Source: Bifidobacterium breve
GTDB taxonomy: Bacteria > Actinomycetota > Actinomycetes > Nanopelagicales > Nanopelagicaceae
Direction of reading: 5' to 3'
Length of the DNA: 64,000 bases
Assembly (NCBI GenBank): GCA_945860275.1
Contig: CAMAPN010000002.1
Coordinates: 29,769-93,768, forward strand
The translations under genes were made by a program, and so were the position numbers. Numbering within the stretch: position 1 is the stretch's first letter; the number at the start of each line of letters is the position of its first letter. The notes beneath the pieces are model-generated. The model searched no databases. It worked only from the letters and a program-made list of their open reading frames with translations, and was not told the DNA's origin. Below, in pieces: positions 38,205 to 47,057 of this stretch.

Positions 38205-39692
38205 GTGGAGCTCGTAAAGCATTGGATCAATGGAGTAGAGGTCGGCAGCAAGAGCGGTCGCCAAGGAGAGGTTTTTAACCCTGCTCTTGGAACAGTCAGT
38301 AAAAGCGTTGACTTCGCAGATCTTGAAACAATTGATTCGGCTATTGCAAATTCGAAGAGCGCATTCACCTCTTGGAGCCAAACATCTCTTACTAAGCGCG
38401 TTCAGATTCTCTTCGCATTTCGACATCTGCTCAATGCTAGAAAAGAAGAACTTGCTGCAATCATCACTTCTGAACATGGAAAAGTGCTATCAGATGCATT
38501 AGGCGAAGTTACTCGTGGGCTAGAAGTTGCTGAGTTTGCTTGCGGTATTCCACACCTTTTGAAGGGCGGGTATTCCGAAGGAGTATCACAAGGGGTCGAT
38601 GTATATTCGATTCGCCAACCATTAGGAGTTTGCGCGATTATCTCGCCATTTAACTTCCCTGCAATGGTGCCAATGTGGTTCTTCCCAATCGCAATTGCTG
38701 CTGGAAATACTGTTGTTATCAAACCAAGTGAGAAGGATCCTTCGGCGACTAATTTCATTGCAAAGCTTTGGAAGGAAGCAGGTCTACCTGATGGCGTGTT
38801 CAATGTCATTCACGGTGACAAAGTAGCAGTTGATAGATTGCTGGAGCATCCTGATATCGCATCCATCTCTTTTGTCGGCTCTACTGCGATTGCAAAGTAT
38901 GTCTACGAAAACGGCACAAAGAATGGCAAGCGCGTTCAAGCACTTGGTGGTGCGAAGAACCACATGCTAGTTCTTCCTGATGCAGATTTGGAGTTGACTG
39001 CAGACTCGGCAATCAATGCTGGATTTGGATCTGCAGGCGAACGTTGCATGGCGATCTCGGCAGTTGTCGCAGTCGATCCGATTGGTGATGAGTTAGTAAA
39101 GAAGATTCAAGAACGTATGAAAAAATTGAAGACCGGTGATGGCACAAAAGGTACCGATATGGGGCCGCTTGTTACCAAAATTCACCGCGACAAGGTTGCC
39201 TCATACGTTGATGCTGGAGTTAAAGAGGGTGCAACTCTTGTTGAGGATGGCAGGAATATCGCTATTGATGGCGCGAGCGCCGGATTCTGGTTGGGACCGA
39301 CTCTCTTTGACCATGTAACGCCTTCGATGACGATCTATAGAGATGAGATATTCGGGCCAGTCTTAAGCGTAATTAGAGTTAAAAGCTACGAAGAAGGATT
39401 GGCGCTGATCAACTCCCATCAATATGGAAATGGCACTGCCATTTTCACCAACGATGGTGGCGCGGCGCGCAAATTCCAAAATGAAGTGTTGGTTGGCATG
39501 GTTGGAATAAATGTGCCAATCCCAGTTCCAGTTGCCTACTACTCATTTGGTGGGTGGAAGCACTCACTCTTTGGTGATTCGCATGCGCACGGAACAGAGG
39601 GAGTCCACTTCTTCACGCGCGGCAAAGTTGTGACTAGTCGATGGCTTGATCCAAGTCATGGCGGAATCAATTTAGGTTTCCCGCAGAACTAG
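38205..39692 (+). CDS. mmsA: CoA-acylating methylmalonate-semialdehyde dehydrogenase
   Basis: ALDH fold with FNFPAMVPMW, LGGAKNH and the catalytic Cys in GSAGERCMA. The C-terminal motif FGGWKHSLFGD is typical of MmsA. 495 aa; GTG start with a GGGAAGAGG SD. Confidence 0.88.
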   Translation: MELVKHWINGVEVGSKSGRQGEVFNPALGTVSKSVDFADLETIDSAIANSKSAFTSWSQTSLTKRVQILFAFRHLLNARKEELAAIITSEHGKVLSDALGEVTRGLEVAEFACGIPHLLKGGYSEGVSQGVDVYSIRQPLGVCAIISPFNFPAMVPMWFFPIAIAAGNTVVIKPSEKDPSATNFIAKLWKEAGLPDGVFNVIHGDKVAVDRLLEHPDIASISFVGSTAIAKYVYENGTKNGKRVQALGGAKNHMLVLPDADLELTADSAINAGFGSAGERCMAISAVVAVDPIGDELVKKIQERMKKLKTGDGTKGTDMGPLVTKIHRDKVASYVDAGVKEGATLVEDGRNIAIDGASAGFWLGPTLFDHVTPSMTIYRDEIFGPVLSVIRVKSYEEGLALINSHQYGNGTAIFTNDGGAARKFQNEVLVGMVGINVPIPVPVAYYSFGGWKHSLFGDSHAHGTEGVHFFTRGKVVTSRWLDPSHGGINLGFPQN

Positions 39693-39699
39693 CAGCTTG

Positions 39700-40710
39700 C
39701 TAGCGCGTAGTATCAACCACAATCTTGAAGGCATTTTTATCGTTAAGTAAACGATCAAAACCTTTGCTTACCACTTCATCTAACGCAATCACGTCGGTAA
39801 GAAGCGGTTTCGTATCAATCGAATTGCCAGCAAGGAGCGCGATAGCTGCGGCAACATCGACATCCCACATATGTGCTGCCGTGCCAAGAATTCGCTTTTC
39901 GCTGAGCACAAAATTGAGTAAGTGAAAGCTCTCTTCTTCAGGTCGAAAACCGACAAGGACAAGCGTTCCAGCATTTCGAATTTTATCGAGCGACTTTGCG
40001 GTAGTTCCCTTGACGCCAGAGCATTCTAAGAGCGAATCAAATTCATCGTAGTGCGCCCACTCTCTCTCATTAAGTGGATTGAGCGTTTCGAATCCAAGAG
40101 ATTGAGCCACTGCTTGGCGCACTGGGTTAGGTTCGTAGACCACAACTTGTGCAGCACCGAATGAGCGAGCAACTTGTGCAATTAACAAACCAACGGTTCC
40201 GCCGCCGGTTACTGCGATTTTTGTCCCTGGAATAAATGGGACTTTATTGAGAGCGCGCACCGCAACTGACATAGGTTCTGCAAAAACAGCCACATCCGCA
40301 GAGACATGGCTTGGCACTTCAATCCAACGTGTTGGGTCAGTGGCCATTAATTCAGCCATGCCACCATCGCAAGTGAGACCAATGCATTCATAGCTCTTAC
40401 AAATTCCCTCTTCATGACGATCGCAGTGGTAGCAATTTCCACAACCCACAATGCCATCAGGCACTACGAGCGTTCCTGGTTTTAACTTGCCAAGTGGATC
40501 TTCGATAACTCGGCCGAGATATTCATGGCCAATGATCATCGGCGTTCGATGTTTTGGAATGATGACTGGTCCGATTAAGTACTCTTCTAAATCGGTGCCG
40601 CAAATTCCCACGCGCTCCATGCGGACGAGAGTATGTCCGTTGGGCACCGATGGATCGGGAACATCCTCGATACGCAAATCTTTAGCGCCATGGAATCGAG
40701 CTGCACGCAT
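39700..40710 (-). CDS. zinc-dependent alcohol/polyol dehydrogenase (MDR family)
   Basis: Catalytic Zn ligands are in GICGTDLE and GHE. The structural Zn cluster is CGNCYHCDRHEEGIC. The NAD motif is VTGGGTVGL. 336 aa. Confidence 0.85.
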   Translation of the reverse strand: MRAARFHGAKDLRIEDVPDPSVPNGHTLVRMERVGICGTDLEEYLIGPVIIPKHRTPMIIGHEYLGRVIEDPLGKLKPGTLVVPDGIVGCGNCYHCDRHEEGICKSYECIGLTCDGGMAELMATDPTRWIEVPSHVSADVAVFAEPMSVAVRALNKVPFIPGTKIAVTGGGTVGLLIAQVARSFGAAQVVVYEPNPVRQAVAQSLGFETLNPLNEREWAHYDEFDSLLECSGVKGTTAKSLDKIRNAGTLVLVGFRPEEESFHLLNFVLSEKRILGTAAHMWDVDVAAAIALLAGNSIDTKPLLTDVIALDEVVSKGFDRLLNDKNAFKIVVDTTR

Positions 40711-40721
40711 CTTGCCTCCAC

Positions 40722-41264
40722 TTACTTCTTGAGAACTTGGAGTAGACCTTCTACCGAATCTTCTACCATTTCGAGCACCTTTTCAAAGGCGCGGTCCGCT
40801 AGACCATATGGGTCGGGCACTTCTAGACGATGCGCATCTGGACCACTTGGGTCGATACGGCTCAAAGATGGATCGAATTGTCGAAGATAGAAGACCTTCT
40901 GTCGGTGGTCGGGATGTGCTGCCAAGTTGATGACATTCTGATAATTACTTGAATCCATGACCAAGATTAAATCTCGTCCCGAAAAGAAATCTTTCGTGAA
41001 TTGTTGCGCTACATGCTCGTATTGATATCCAGCTTTGCTCCACGTTGCCTCAGATGAGAAATTCGGTCCTTCACCGATATGCCATGACCCTGTTCCTGCG
41101 CTATCGACAAGAACTTCGCAATGAGTTACTTCGTGGGCTCGATTATGAAGTACTGCTGCCGCCATGGGAGAACGACAGATGTTGCCTAGACAGACCATGC
41201 ACACTCGCAATTGACTCTTATTCGATAAATCCAACTGTGAGTGAATTCGAGTTGCTAAGTCCAT
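40722..41264 (-). CDS. low-molecular-weight protein-tyrosine phosphatase
   Basis: P-loop CLGNICRSP (C-X5-R-S) and a DPY general-acid region (VPDPYG); 180 aa. Confidence 0.9.
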   Translation of the reverse strand: MDLATRIHSQLDLSNKSQLRVCMVCLGNICRSPMAAAVLHNRAHEVTHCEVLVDSAGTGSWHIGEGPNFSSEATWSKAGYQYEHVAQQFTKDFFSGRDLILVMDSSNYQNVINLAAHPDHRQKVFYLRQFDPSLSRIDPSGPDAHRLEVPDPYGLADRAFEKVLEMVEDSVEGLLQVLKK

Positions 41265-41300
41265 AACGTAAAAGGTAGCGCACGCTGCTAGATTTCTGTT

Positions 41301-41771
41301 ATGGAGAGTTGGCGCACTGTTGCCGCTGTGGCGGGAGTCGTGCTTGTGGCGGTCTATGCGATCGGCTCTGGTTTCTGGGTTAATAGCAACCCTGGTTGGT
41401 ACTACTCGCTCAACCGACCATCATGGCAACCACCTAGTTGGATTTTTGGAATTATCTGGCCGTACAACTTCATTATGTTAGGCGTTGCATCTTTTGTGGT
41501 TTCTCGGAATCTATCGCGGACTCTGGTCCTGACTTGGCTGGCGTTCTTCGCGCTAAGTGTTTCGGCTGCGCTACTTTGGTCGTACCTTTTCTACTCGCCC
41601 CATAATCTGGTCGGTGCAGCGATTGCCCTGGTAACAGCAGCGATACTTACGCTACCAATCACCATCATCACTTTTAGAGCGTCGATTGGATATGGCCTAG
41701 CACTGCTGCCTTATCAAATATGGGTAGCTATTGCCTCTTCACTTGCGGTTGGGTACGCAATCAAGAATTAA
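41301..41771 (+). CDS. tspO: TspO/MBR-family tryptophan-rich sensory protein
   Basis: Five TM helices. The Trp-rich signature is WYYSLNRPSWQPPSWIFGIIWPYNF. 156 aa. Confidence 0.85.
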   Translation: MESWRTVAAVAGVVLVAVYAIGSGFWVNSNPGWYYSLNRPSWQPPSWIFGIIWPYNFIMLGVASFVVSRNLSRTLVLTWLAFFALSVSAALLWSYLFYSPHNLVGAAIALVTAAILTLPITIITFRASIGYGLALLPYQIWVAIASSLAVGYAIKN

Positions 41772-43366
41772 GCAGTTCTACGAATAACCTGTCCAGGTCG
41801 CTTGCCTTTATGGGCACCGTTCTGAACAACAATTTCGCCATTAACTAATACTGCAGTAATTCCATCTGGATAAACCTGAGGTTTTGCAATAGTTGACCTG
41901 CTATTCACGGTCTCTGCATTGAAAAGGACTAGATCTGCGAAATATCCCTCTTTAATTTCGCCGCGCTTTTGAATGTTAAATCGCTCGGCTACTTTCTTTG
42001 TCATTTTGTGAATTGCAGTCTCTAGAGTCAAAGTACCTACCTCACGAACATGGTGCGCCAAGTACTCAATATGGCCACAATACGGATGTTGTGATGAAGT
42101 TACCTCAGAGAGAGCGCCATGATCTGTGCTGGTGTATCCATCAACGCCGAGTGAGAAATCTGGGTGCGAAATCATCTCTTTGAGATGATCATCGGTGAAT
42201 AGTTCACCAACCATGATGAGGTTTAGGCATTGATCGCCAGCGGCGGCCATGATGTCGAAGTAGCAATCCCATTCATCCTTGCCCAAGATTTCAGAGATAG
42301 CAGGGAATGAGAGCCCTTGCAGCTCTGGGAAATTCGGTGAACCTTCAAGATATACACGATGCCATTGACCTTTATGAATGAAGCGCCAATAACGATCGCA
42401 TTGCGTACGGAGCTCTTTGCGCTTCGCTGGATCTGCACACGCTTCTGCAATTGCTTTTGGCCCTAAATTGACCAAGTCACGCGGCAAAATCGCATACATC
42501 GCACCGATTCCCTCACGGAATGGAGTGGTATCAGCGGTAATGTCTAAGCCCGCTTTCTGTGCATTTTCCATGATGTCAACAGCGCGACGCCATGCATTTT
42601 GTGGCGCATTTGAATCATGACGAACGTTAAAGTGTGAAATCTGTCCACGAACTCCACCAGCTCGAGTGATATCTACAAACTCATTAATTGCATCAAAAAT
42701 CTCGGAGTCACGGTTACGCACATGGCTGGCATAAATTCCATCGTATTTTCCAACTGCGGTAATGATGTCTTTCAATTCTGCAGAAGTGGAGTAAGAACCT
42801 GGGGCAAATTCAAGTCCAGAACTTAAGCCCAACGCGCCAGCTTCCATACTATCTTCGATGAAATTTTTCATCCTCTTTAACTGATCATCGGTGACTTTCT
42901 CTTCACCCATGATGCCGGCTGCTAAGCGAAGACTGTTGTGCCCAATCAAAAATGCAAAATTAGTGGAAGTTTTCATCCGCTCCATCTCAGAGAGGTACTC
43001 TCCAAAAGTGCGCCAGGTTACCTCGCCTGTGTATGCGTAATTCTTAAGACGCTTTTCGGTAAATGGAACTGAAACTTCCGAGAGTGGGGCGCTGGAAAAT
43101 CCGCAATTGCCAACAATCTCAGTGGTAACGCCTTGGTGGACTGAACTTTCGTTATCCGGATTGGTGTGGAAAGTGAAATCAGAGTGGCTGTGTGGATCAA
43201 TAAATCCAGGTGAGAGTGTTAATCCCGTTCCATCTATTTCTACGTTTGCTTGACCAACGTTTCCGATCTGGGTGATCTTGTCGCCAACTATTCCGACATC
43301 TGCAACGAATCGATCTCGTCCACTGCCGTCGACAATTTGAGCCCCTCGTATCGCAATATCAATCAT
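41768..43366 (-). CDS. D-aminoacylase (N-acyl-D-amino-acid deacylase), amidohydrolase superfamily
   Basis: IAIRGAQIVDGSG and the metal site GFIDPHSHSD; about 530 aa. The ATG at 43366 has a GAGGG SD; the ORF also allows GTG at 43372. Confidence 0.8.
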   Translation of the reverse strand: MIDIAIRGAQIVDGSGRDRFVADVGIVGDKITQIGNVGQANVEIDGTGLTLSPGFIDPHSHSDFTFHTNPDNESSVHQGVTTEIVGNCGFSSAPLSEVSVPFTEKRLKNYAYTGEVTWRTFGEYLSEMERMKTSTNFAFLIGHNSLRLAAGIMGEEKVTDDQLKRMKNFIEDSMEAGALGLSSGLEFAPGSYSTSAELKDIITAVGKYDGIYASHVRNRDSEIFDAINEFVDITRAGGVRGQISHFNVRHDSNAPQNAWRRAVDIMENAQKAGLDITADTTPFREGIGAMYAILPRDLVNLGPKAIAEACADPAKRKELRTQCDRYWRFIHKGQWHRVYLEGSPNFPELQGLSFPAISEILGKDEWDCYFDIMAAAGDQCLNLIMVGELFTDDHLKEMISHPDFSLGVDGYTSTDHGALSEVTSSQHPYCGHIEYLAHHVREVGTLTLETAIHKMTKKVAERFNIQKRGEIKEGYFADLVLFNAETVNSRSTIAKPQVYPDGITAVLVNGEIVVQNGAHKGKRPGQVIRRTA

Positions 43367-43453
43367 GTCCACTCACCCTCTATATTCTTGGCAAGACAGT
43401 ACTGACTATCTATACTCTGTCAAGACTTTTTGATGTGTTTAGAGAGGAATGAA

Positions 43454-44587
43454 GTGAAAATCACTGAAATCAGAATTGCTGGCCTTAGAGGTGCAACTCC
43501 TAAAGGCGGCTGGAGTGAAGAACTCGAGCCAGAGAATGTCGTACACACTCTCGTTGCAATTCACACTGATGAGGGACTGGTCGGTATCGGTGCTGTTTTC
43601 ACAAGCGAAGAATTAGTCCGTGCCTCTCTTGAAATCTTGAAACCGCTTCTCATCGGCGAGAGCGCTGTGGAACCAGAGCGAGTGAGCGAAAAGCTCCACC
43701 AAAATACCTTCTGGCTCGGCCGAGGTGGTTCCATCACCCACACAATCAGCGGAATTGATATCGCGCTCTGGGATCTCTTCGGCAAGGTGACAAAACAACC
43801 GATTGGTCGGTTCTTCGGTGGTCGCTTACGTGAGAAAGTAATGCCTTATGCATCGCTATTGATGGATGAGCCACCCATCATGCAAGCAAACTTGCGAAAC
43901 CTACTCTCCCAAGGATTCAAAGCATTCAAAATCGGTTGGGGAACATTTGGTCGGATTAGCCCTGCCAATGACGAACTTCTTGTGCGAAGCGCTCGCGAAG
44001 CAATTGGTGATGATTGCTTCCTCGCCGTTGATGCTGGTGGTTCTGATGCCTACTGGAAGGGCAGTTTGCGTTGGGCCATTAACGCCTCACACATGTTGGC
44101 CGAGTACAACGTAGGTTGGTTTGAAGAAGCGCTCCATCCAGATGATCTTGAAGGTTTCAAGACGCTCCGCAAATCCTCTCCAGTGCCAATTTCGGGTGGA
44201 GAAGTCTTAACTCGCCGCCAGAGTTTCATTCCCTTTATCACGCAAGGTGCCTTCGACATCATCCAACCTGATGTGGTCAAATGTGGTGGCATTAGTGAGT
44301 GGCGTCGTATCGCCAACATGGCTGAAGATCATGGAATACAAATGATTCCACACGGTTGGAACACTGCCGTAGGTCTTGCGACAGATCTCCAACTCTCCTC
44401 TGCTTTTCACCGGACCAACTTCGTCGAGTACTGCACAGGTGCACCATATGTTGATGACATCACGAAGAAACCTTGGGTGCTTGATAAGGAAGGCATGCTC
44501 GAGATTCCTAGTGGGCCTGGCATTGGAATCGAATTGGATCCCGCAAAGGTTGAGAAATACAGCGGCGTAACTAATTTACTTTCGTAG
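43454..44587 (+). CDS. enolase-superfamily enzyme (mandelate racemase / muconate lactonizing family)
   Basis: Metal ligands lie in LAVDAGG, WFEEAL and ISGGE. A His-Asp dyad region (QPDVVKCGG and IPHGW) suggests the MR subgroup (acid-sugar dehydratase-like). The GTG at 43454 has GAGAGG 6 nt upstream. Confidence 0.8.
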   Translation: MKITEIRIAGLRGATPKGGWSEELEPENVVHTLVAIHTDEGLVGIGAVFTSEELVRASLEILKPLLIGESAVEPERVSEKLHQNTFWLGRGGSITHTISGIDIALWDLFGKVTKQPIGRFFGGRLREKVMPYASLLMDEPPIMQANLRNLLSQGFKAFKIGWGTFGRISPANDELLVRSAREAIGDDCFLAVDAGGSDAYWKGSLRWAINASHMLAEYNVGWFEEALHPDDLEGFKTLRKSSPVPISGGEVLTRRQSFIPFITQGAFDIIQPDVVKCGGISEWRRIANMAEDHGIQMIPHGWNTAVGLATDLQLSSAFHRTNFVEYCTGAPYVDDITKKPWVLDKEGMLEIPSGPGIGIELDPAKVEKYSGVTNLLS

Positions 44588-44596
44588 GCGGTTAAG

Positions 44597-46195
44597 TCAC
44601 TTCTTCTTATACCCAGATGGACACTTGGGGTTCGCCCCAGTGACCTTCTTTACTGTCTTGCCTTTAACGCAAGTAATCGTCGTTCTGGGTGCACTTTTCG
44701 TGCTCTTCGCGGCTGGTTTCGCAACCGCACCAATTTCAGCTTTCTGAACCAACTTTATTCGAATAGTTGGGCTAGAGAATGTGAAGTTCTTCGCGCTTAG
44801 GTATAGCCACTGACGATTTGCATCCTCACGAAGTGATTCGGTGGAAATTTCCTGGGTTGTGCCATCACTCGAGAGAACTGAGATTGATGCTCCTAAGGGA
44901 GCGTTCGAAAATCCATAGAGACAACGCGCAAATTCAGAGCGAAGTGCAAGATCATAAGAACCTCTGGTCAAAGTTTTGCCATCTGCAAGGTGATGTGCAC
45001 CTCCAACTCGATAATTCAAAGAAGTGCCGTCGAAGGAGGGCGGACCAGGATCGTAAGTTGACGCATTTGTTGTGACTAAGCCCAAGATTTTTGTTTTATC
45101 TTTATAGCAATCACTACCTGTTCCCAATCCGAGTCCAGAACCAAACCGCCAAATCGAGCTCACCAACTCACCTGATTCCACAAGGCTGCTGAATGCAAGA
45201 AAATCATTCATCGCATATTGTGGCCACGGGCCAAGATCAATCGTTTCGCTGCTGATTTTGTCGGAAGCAGCCAAGTTTGCGCGCCGGTTATCCCAGTACT
45301 TGTCTATCTCTGGGTATTTAGATAACTCACTTTTGGCGACAAATGCATGAATGCTGGGAACATCAATGGGGCTTGCCTCCACACGAAGCGCATTAAGAGT
45401 CTTTGAGATAGGCGTCACTTCCATGGAGACGTCCTGCATGCGACCGAAAAGGAAGCCAGTTAAAGAATTATTCATTCTGACAGTAAGAGCAACTTTCGTG
45501 CCCGGCAAGAAATCTGTGATGACTGCGCAATTGTTACCTTCAGTCCACAAACATTTCTCTTCAGAGGTAATAGGTCGAACCTTCACCGGAAAGACATTTG
45601 CTGAAAAGTTCCCTAATTCAAATGAGCATGATTGTGCGTCTGTCAGGCAAGCTTTGTTTCGCATGTTCTGCAGGTCTAAATGCACGTGGACTGCGTATTG
45701 GTCGACACCCAGAGCATTCAAGGTGCTCTTTGAGCGCCACAGGCTAATTCCGCCACCGAAGGGAGTGCCTCGAGTTTTGCTCGCCAAAAATTTTGGTGAA
45801 GGCGCTACATAATCGAATATGGCGGGCTCCAATTTGCCTGCTGCATTCGATAGCTCAAGTGAATCAATACACAACTCTCCTTCATTTAACGAGCATGGCG
45901 GAAGAATGAAGTTAGCTGCAATGGAATCTGCATTTGCACATGCAGGATCTTCTACTGAAAGGCAGGAAACAACGCGGGTATAGAGCCCTGACGAAGTTCC
46001 CTCTGCATAGGAATAACCTGATACCCAAGACTTTTCTCGGACGCCAGGTGTAAACGCTTCGGTTGATGAGAAGCCAAGTGAGGGAACCTTGGGCCACCAC
46101 GGCCTATCTAAAGAATTTGCCGCATGTGTGGCAGGAGTAAAAGTTGCGAGAAACATAAGCGCTGCGATTAACAAGTGGAGCGCTCGCGATTTCAT
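44597..46195 (-). CDS. secreted protein of unknown function with C-terminal basic Cys-pair module
   Basis: Signal peptide MKSRALHLLIAALMFLATFTPATHA, from the ATG at 46195 (an upstream ATG at 46210 is also in frame). I recognise no catalytic motif. The C-terminus is TITCVKGKTVKKVTGANPKCPSGYKKK. Confidence 0.7.
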   Translation of the reverse strand: MKSRALHLLIAALMFLATFTPATHAANSLDRPWWPKVPSLGFSSTEAFTPGVREKSWVSGYSYAEGTSSGLYTRVVSCLSVEDPACANADSIAANFILPPCSLNEGELCIDSLELSNAAGKLEPAIFDYVAPSPKFLASKTRGTPFGGGISLWRSKSTLNALGVDQYAVHVHLDLQNMRNKACLTDAQSCSFELGNFSANVFPVKVRPITSEEKCLWTEGNNCAVITDFLPGTKVALTVRMNNSLTGFLFGRMQDVSMEVTPISKTLNALRVEASPIDVPSIHAFVAKSELSKYPEIDKYWDNRRANLAASDKISSETIDLGPWPQYAMNDFLAFSSLVESGELVSSIWRFGSGLGLGTGSDCYKDKTKILGLVTTNASTYDPGPPSFDGTSLNYRVGGAHHLADGKTLTRGSYDLALRSEFARCLYGFSNAPLGASISVLSSDGTTQEISTESLREDANRQWLYLSAKNFTFSSPTIRIKLVQKAEIGAVAKPAAKSTKSAPRTTITCVKGKTVKKVTGANPKCPSGYKKK

Positions 46196-46268
46196 GACGT
46201 AAGTGTACATTTCCAGTGAAATTACGGTGACCAGTCCGCCGAGTTCAGCCGAGTTCGTGCAGCTCTAG

Positions 46269-46343
46269 TGGGGCCGCCTCCGGGATTTGAACCCGGGACC
46301 TACGCATTACGAGTGCGTTGCTCTACCCCTGAGCTAAGGCGGC
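46269..46343 (-). tRNA. tRNA-Thr (anticodon CGU)
   Basis: The reverse complement folds as a canonical cloverleaf. Acceptor GCCGCCT/AGGCGGC, D-arm GCTC-AGGGGTA-GAGC, anticodon arm ACGCA-CTCGTAA-TGCGT, variable loop AGGTC, T-arm CCGGG-TTCAAAT-CCCGG, and an encoded CCA. Confidence 0.93.
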
Positions 46344-46359
46344 AGGTTTTAATTCAGAT

Positions 46360-47004
46360 TTAATCTAACCTAAATGAACCAGTAGGCGTTGAGAAGTGAA
46401 CGGCATAAATTCCAGTCTCACCGTCATTCTCTGCAGGATCAACCCACTCCAGTGCAATTCCTGCGAACGCTGATTCGAAATCTTCGCCAATCCATTCGCG
46501 AACGCGCTCTGGATCGCCAGCAATCTCAAGTTTCTCGATTTTCGCAACTGGCTTTGCTTCCTTGGAAGGATGATCTTCGGTAAGCCATTCGATGAAGAAA
46601 GGAAGTTGTCGATCTTCCAACGTTCCAAGAACGCCAATCTGCTTCCAATGTAGATCGCTGCCATCTGGACGACGACGATGTCCGTCAACGCTCTCGCGGC
46701 CAAGACGCTTTTCGAATGTTGAAATATTAGAGACTGAGAGCACCCACGTTAATAAGCCGCCACCATCTTGCGCTCGTTGCGAGACAACTTTTCCGAATGG
46801 AGAGGCATCTGCTGCAGGATGATCTAATGGACAGACAATCTCTAAGTAACGTCCGCCTTGTAATGGCAACGTAAAGTTACGGGTACCAAAGCGCGGGTGA
46901 ATTCCGCCATCCATGAAACCTGCGCCAAGTCGCGAACCGATTCGTTGTACTTCATCGATGAGGTGATCATGCGATGCAACGTAAGAGATATGGTCTAAGT
47001 GCAC
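46360..47004 (-). CDS. VOC-family (glyoxalase-like domain) protein
   Basis: 214 aa. LDHISYV...FGTRNFTLPL..GRYLEIV...FFIEW is typical of glyoxalase-like domain proteins. GTG start. Confidence 0.65.
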   Translation of the reverse strand: MHLDHISYVASHDHLIDEVQRIGSRLGAGFMDGGIHPRFGTRNFTLPLQGGRYLEIVCPLDHPAADASPFGKVVSQRAQDGGGLLTWVLSVSNISTFEKRLGRESVDGHRRRPDGSDLHWKQIGVLGTLEDRQLPFFIEWLTEDHPSKEAKPVAKIEKLEIAGDPERVREWIGEDFESAFAGIALEWVDPAENDGETGIYAVHFSTPTGSFRLD

Positions 47005-47057
47005 GAGGTAAATCCTGCCCTATCCGAAGGGGTGCTCTTGACCACGAGCGAGCGCTG

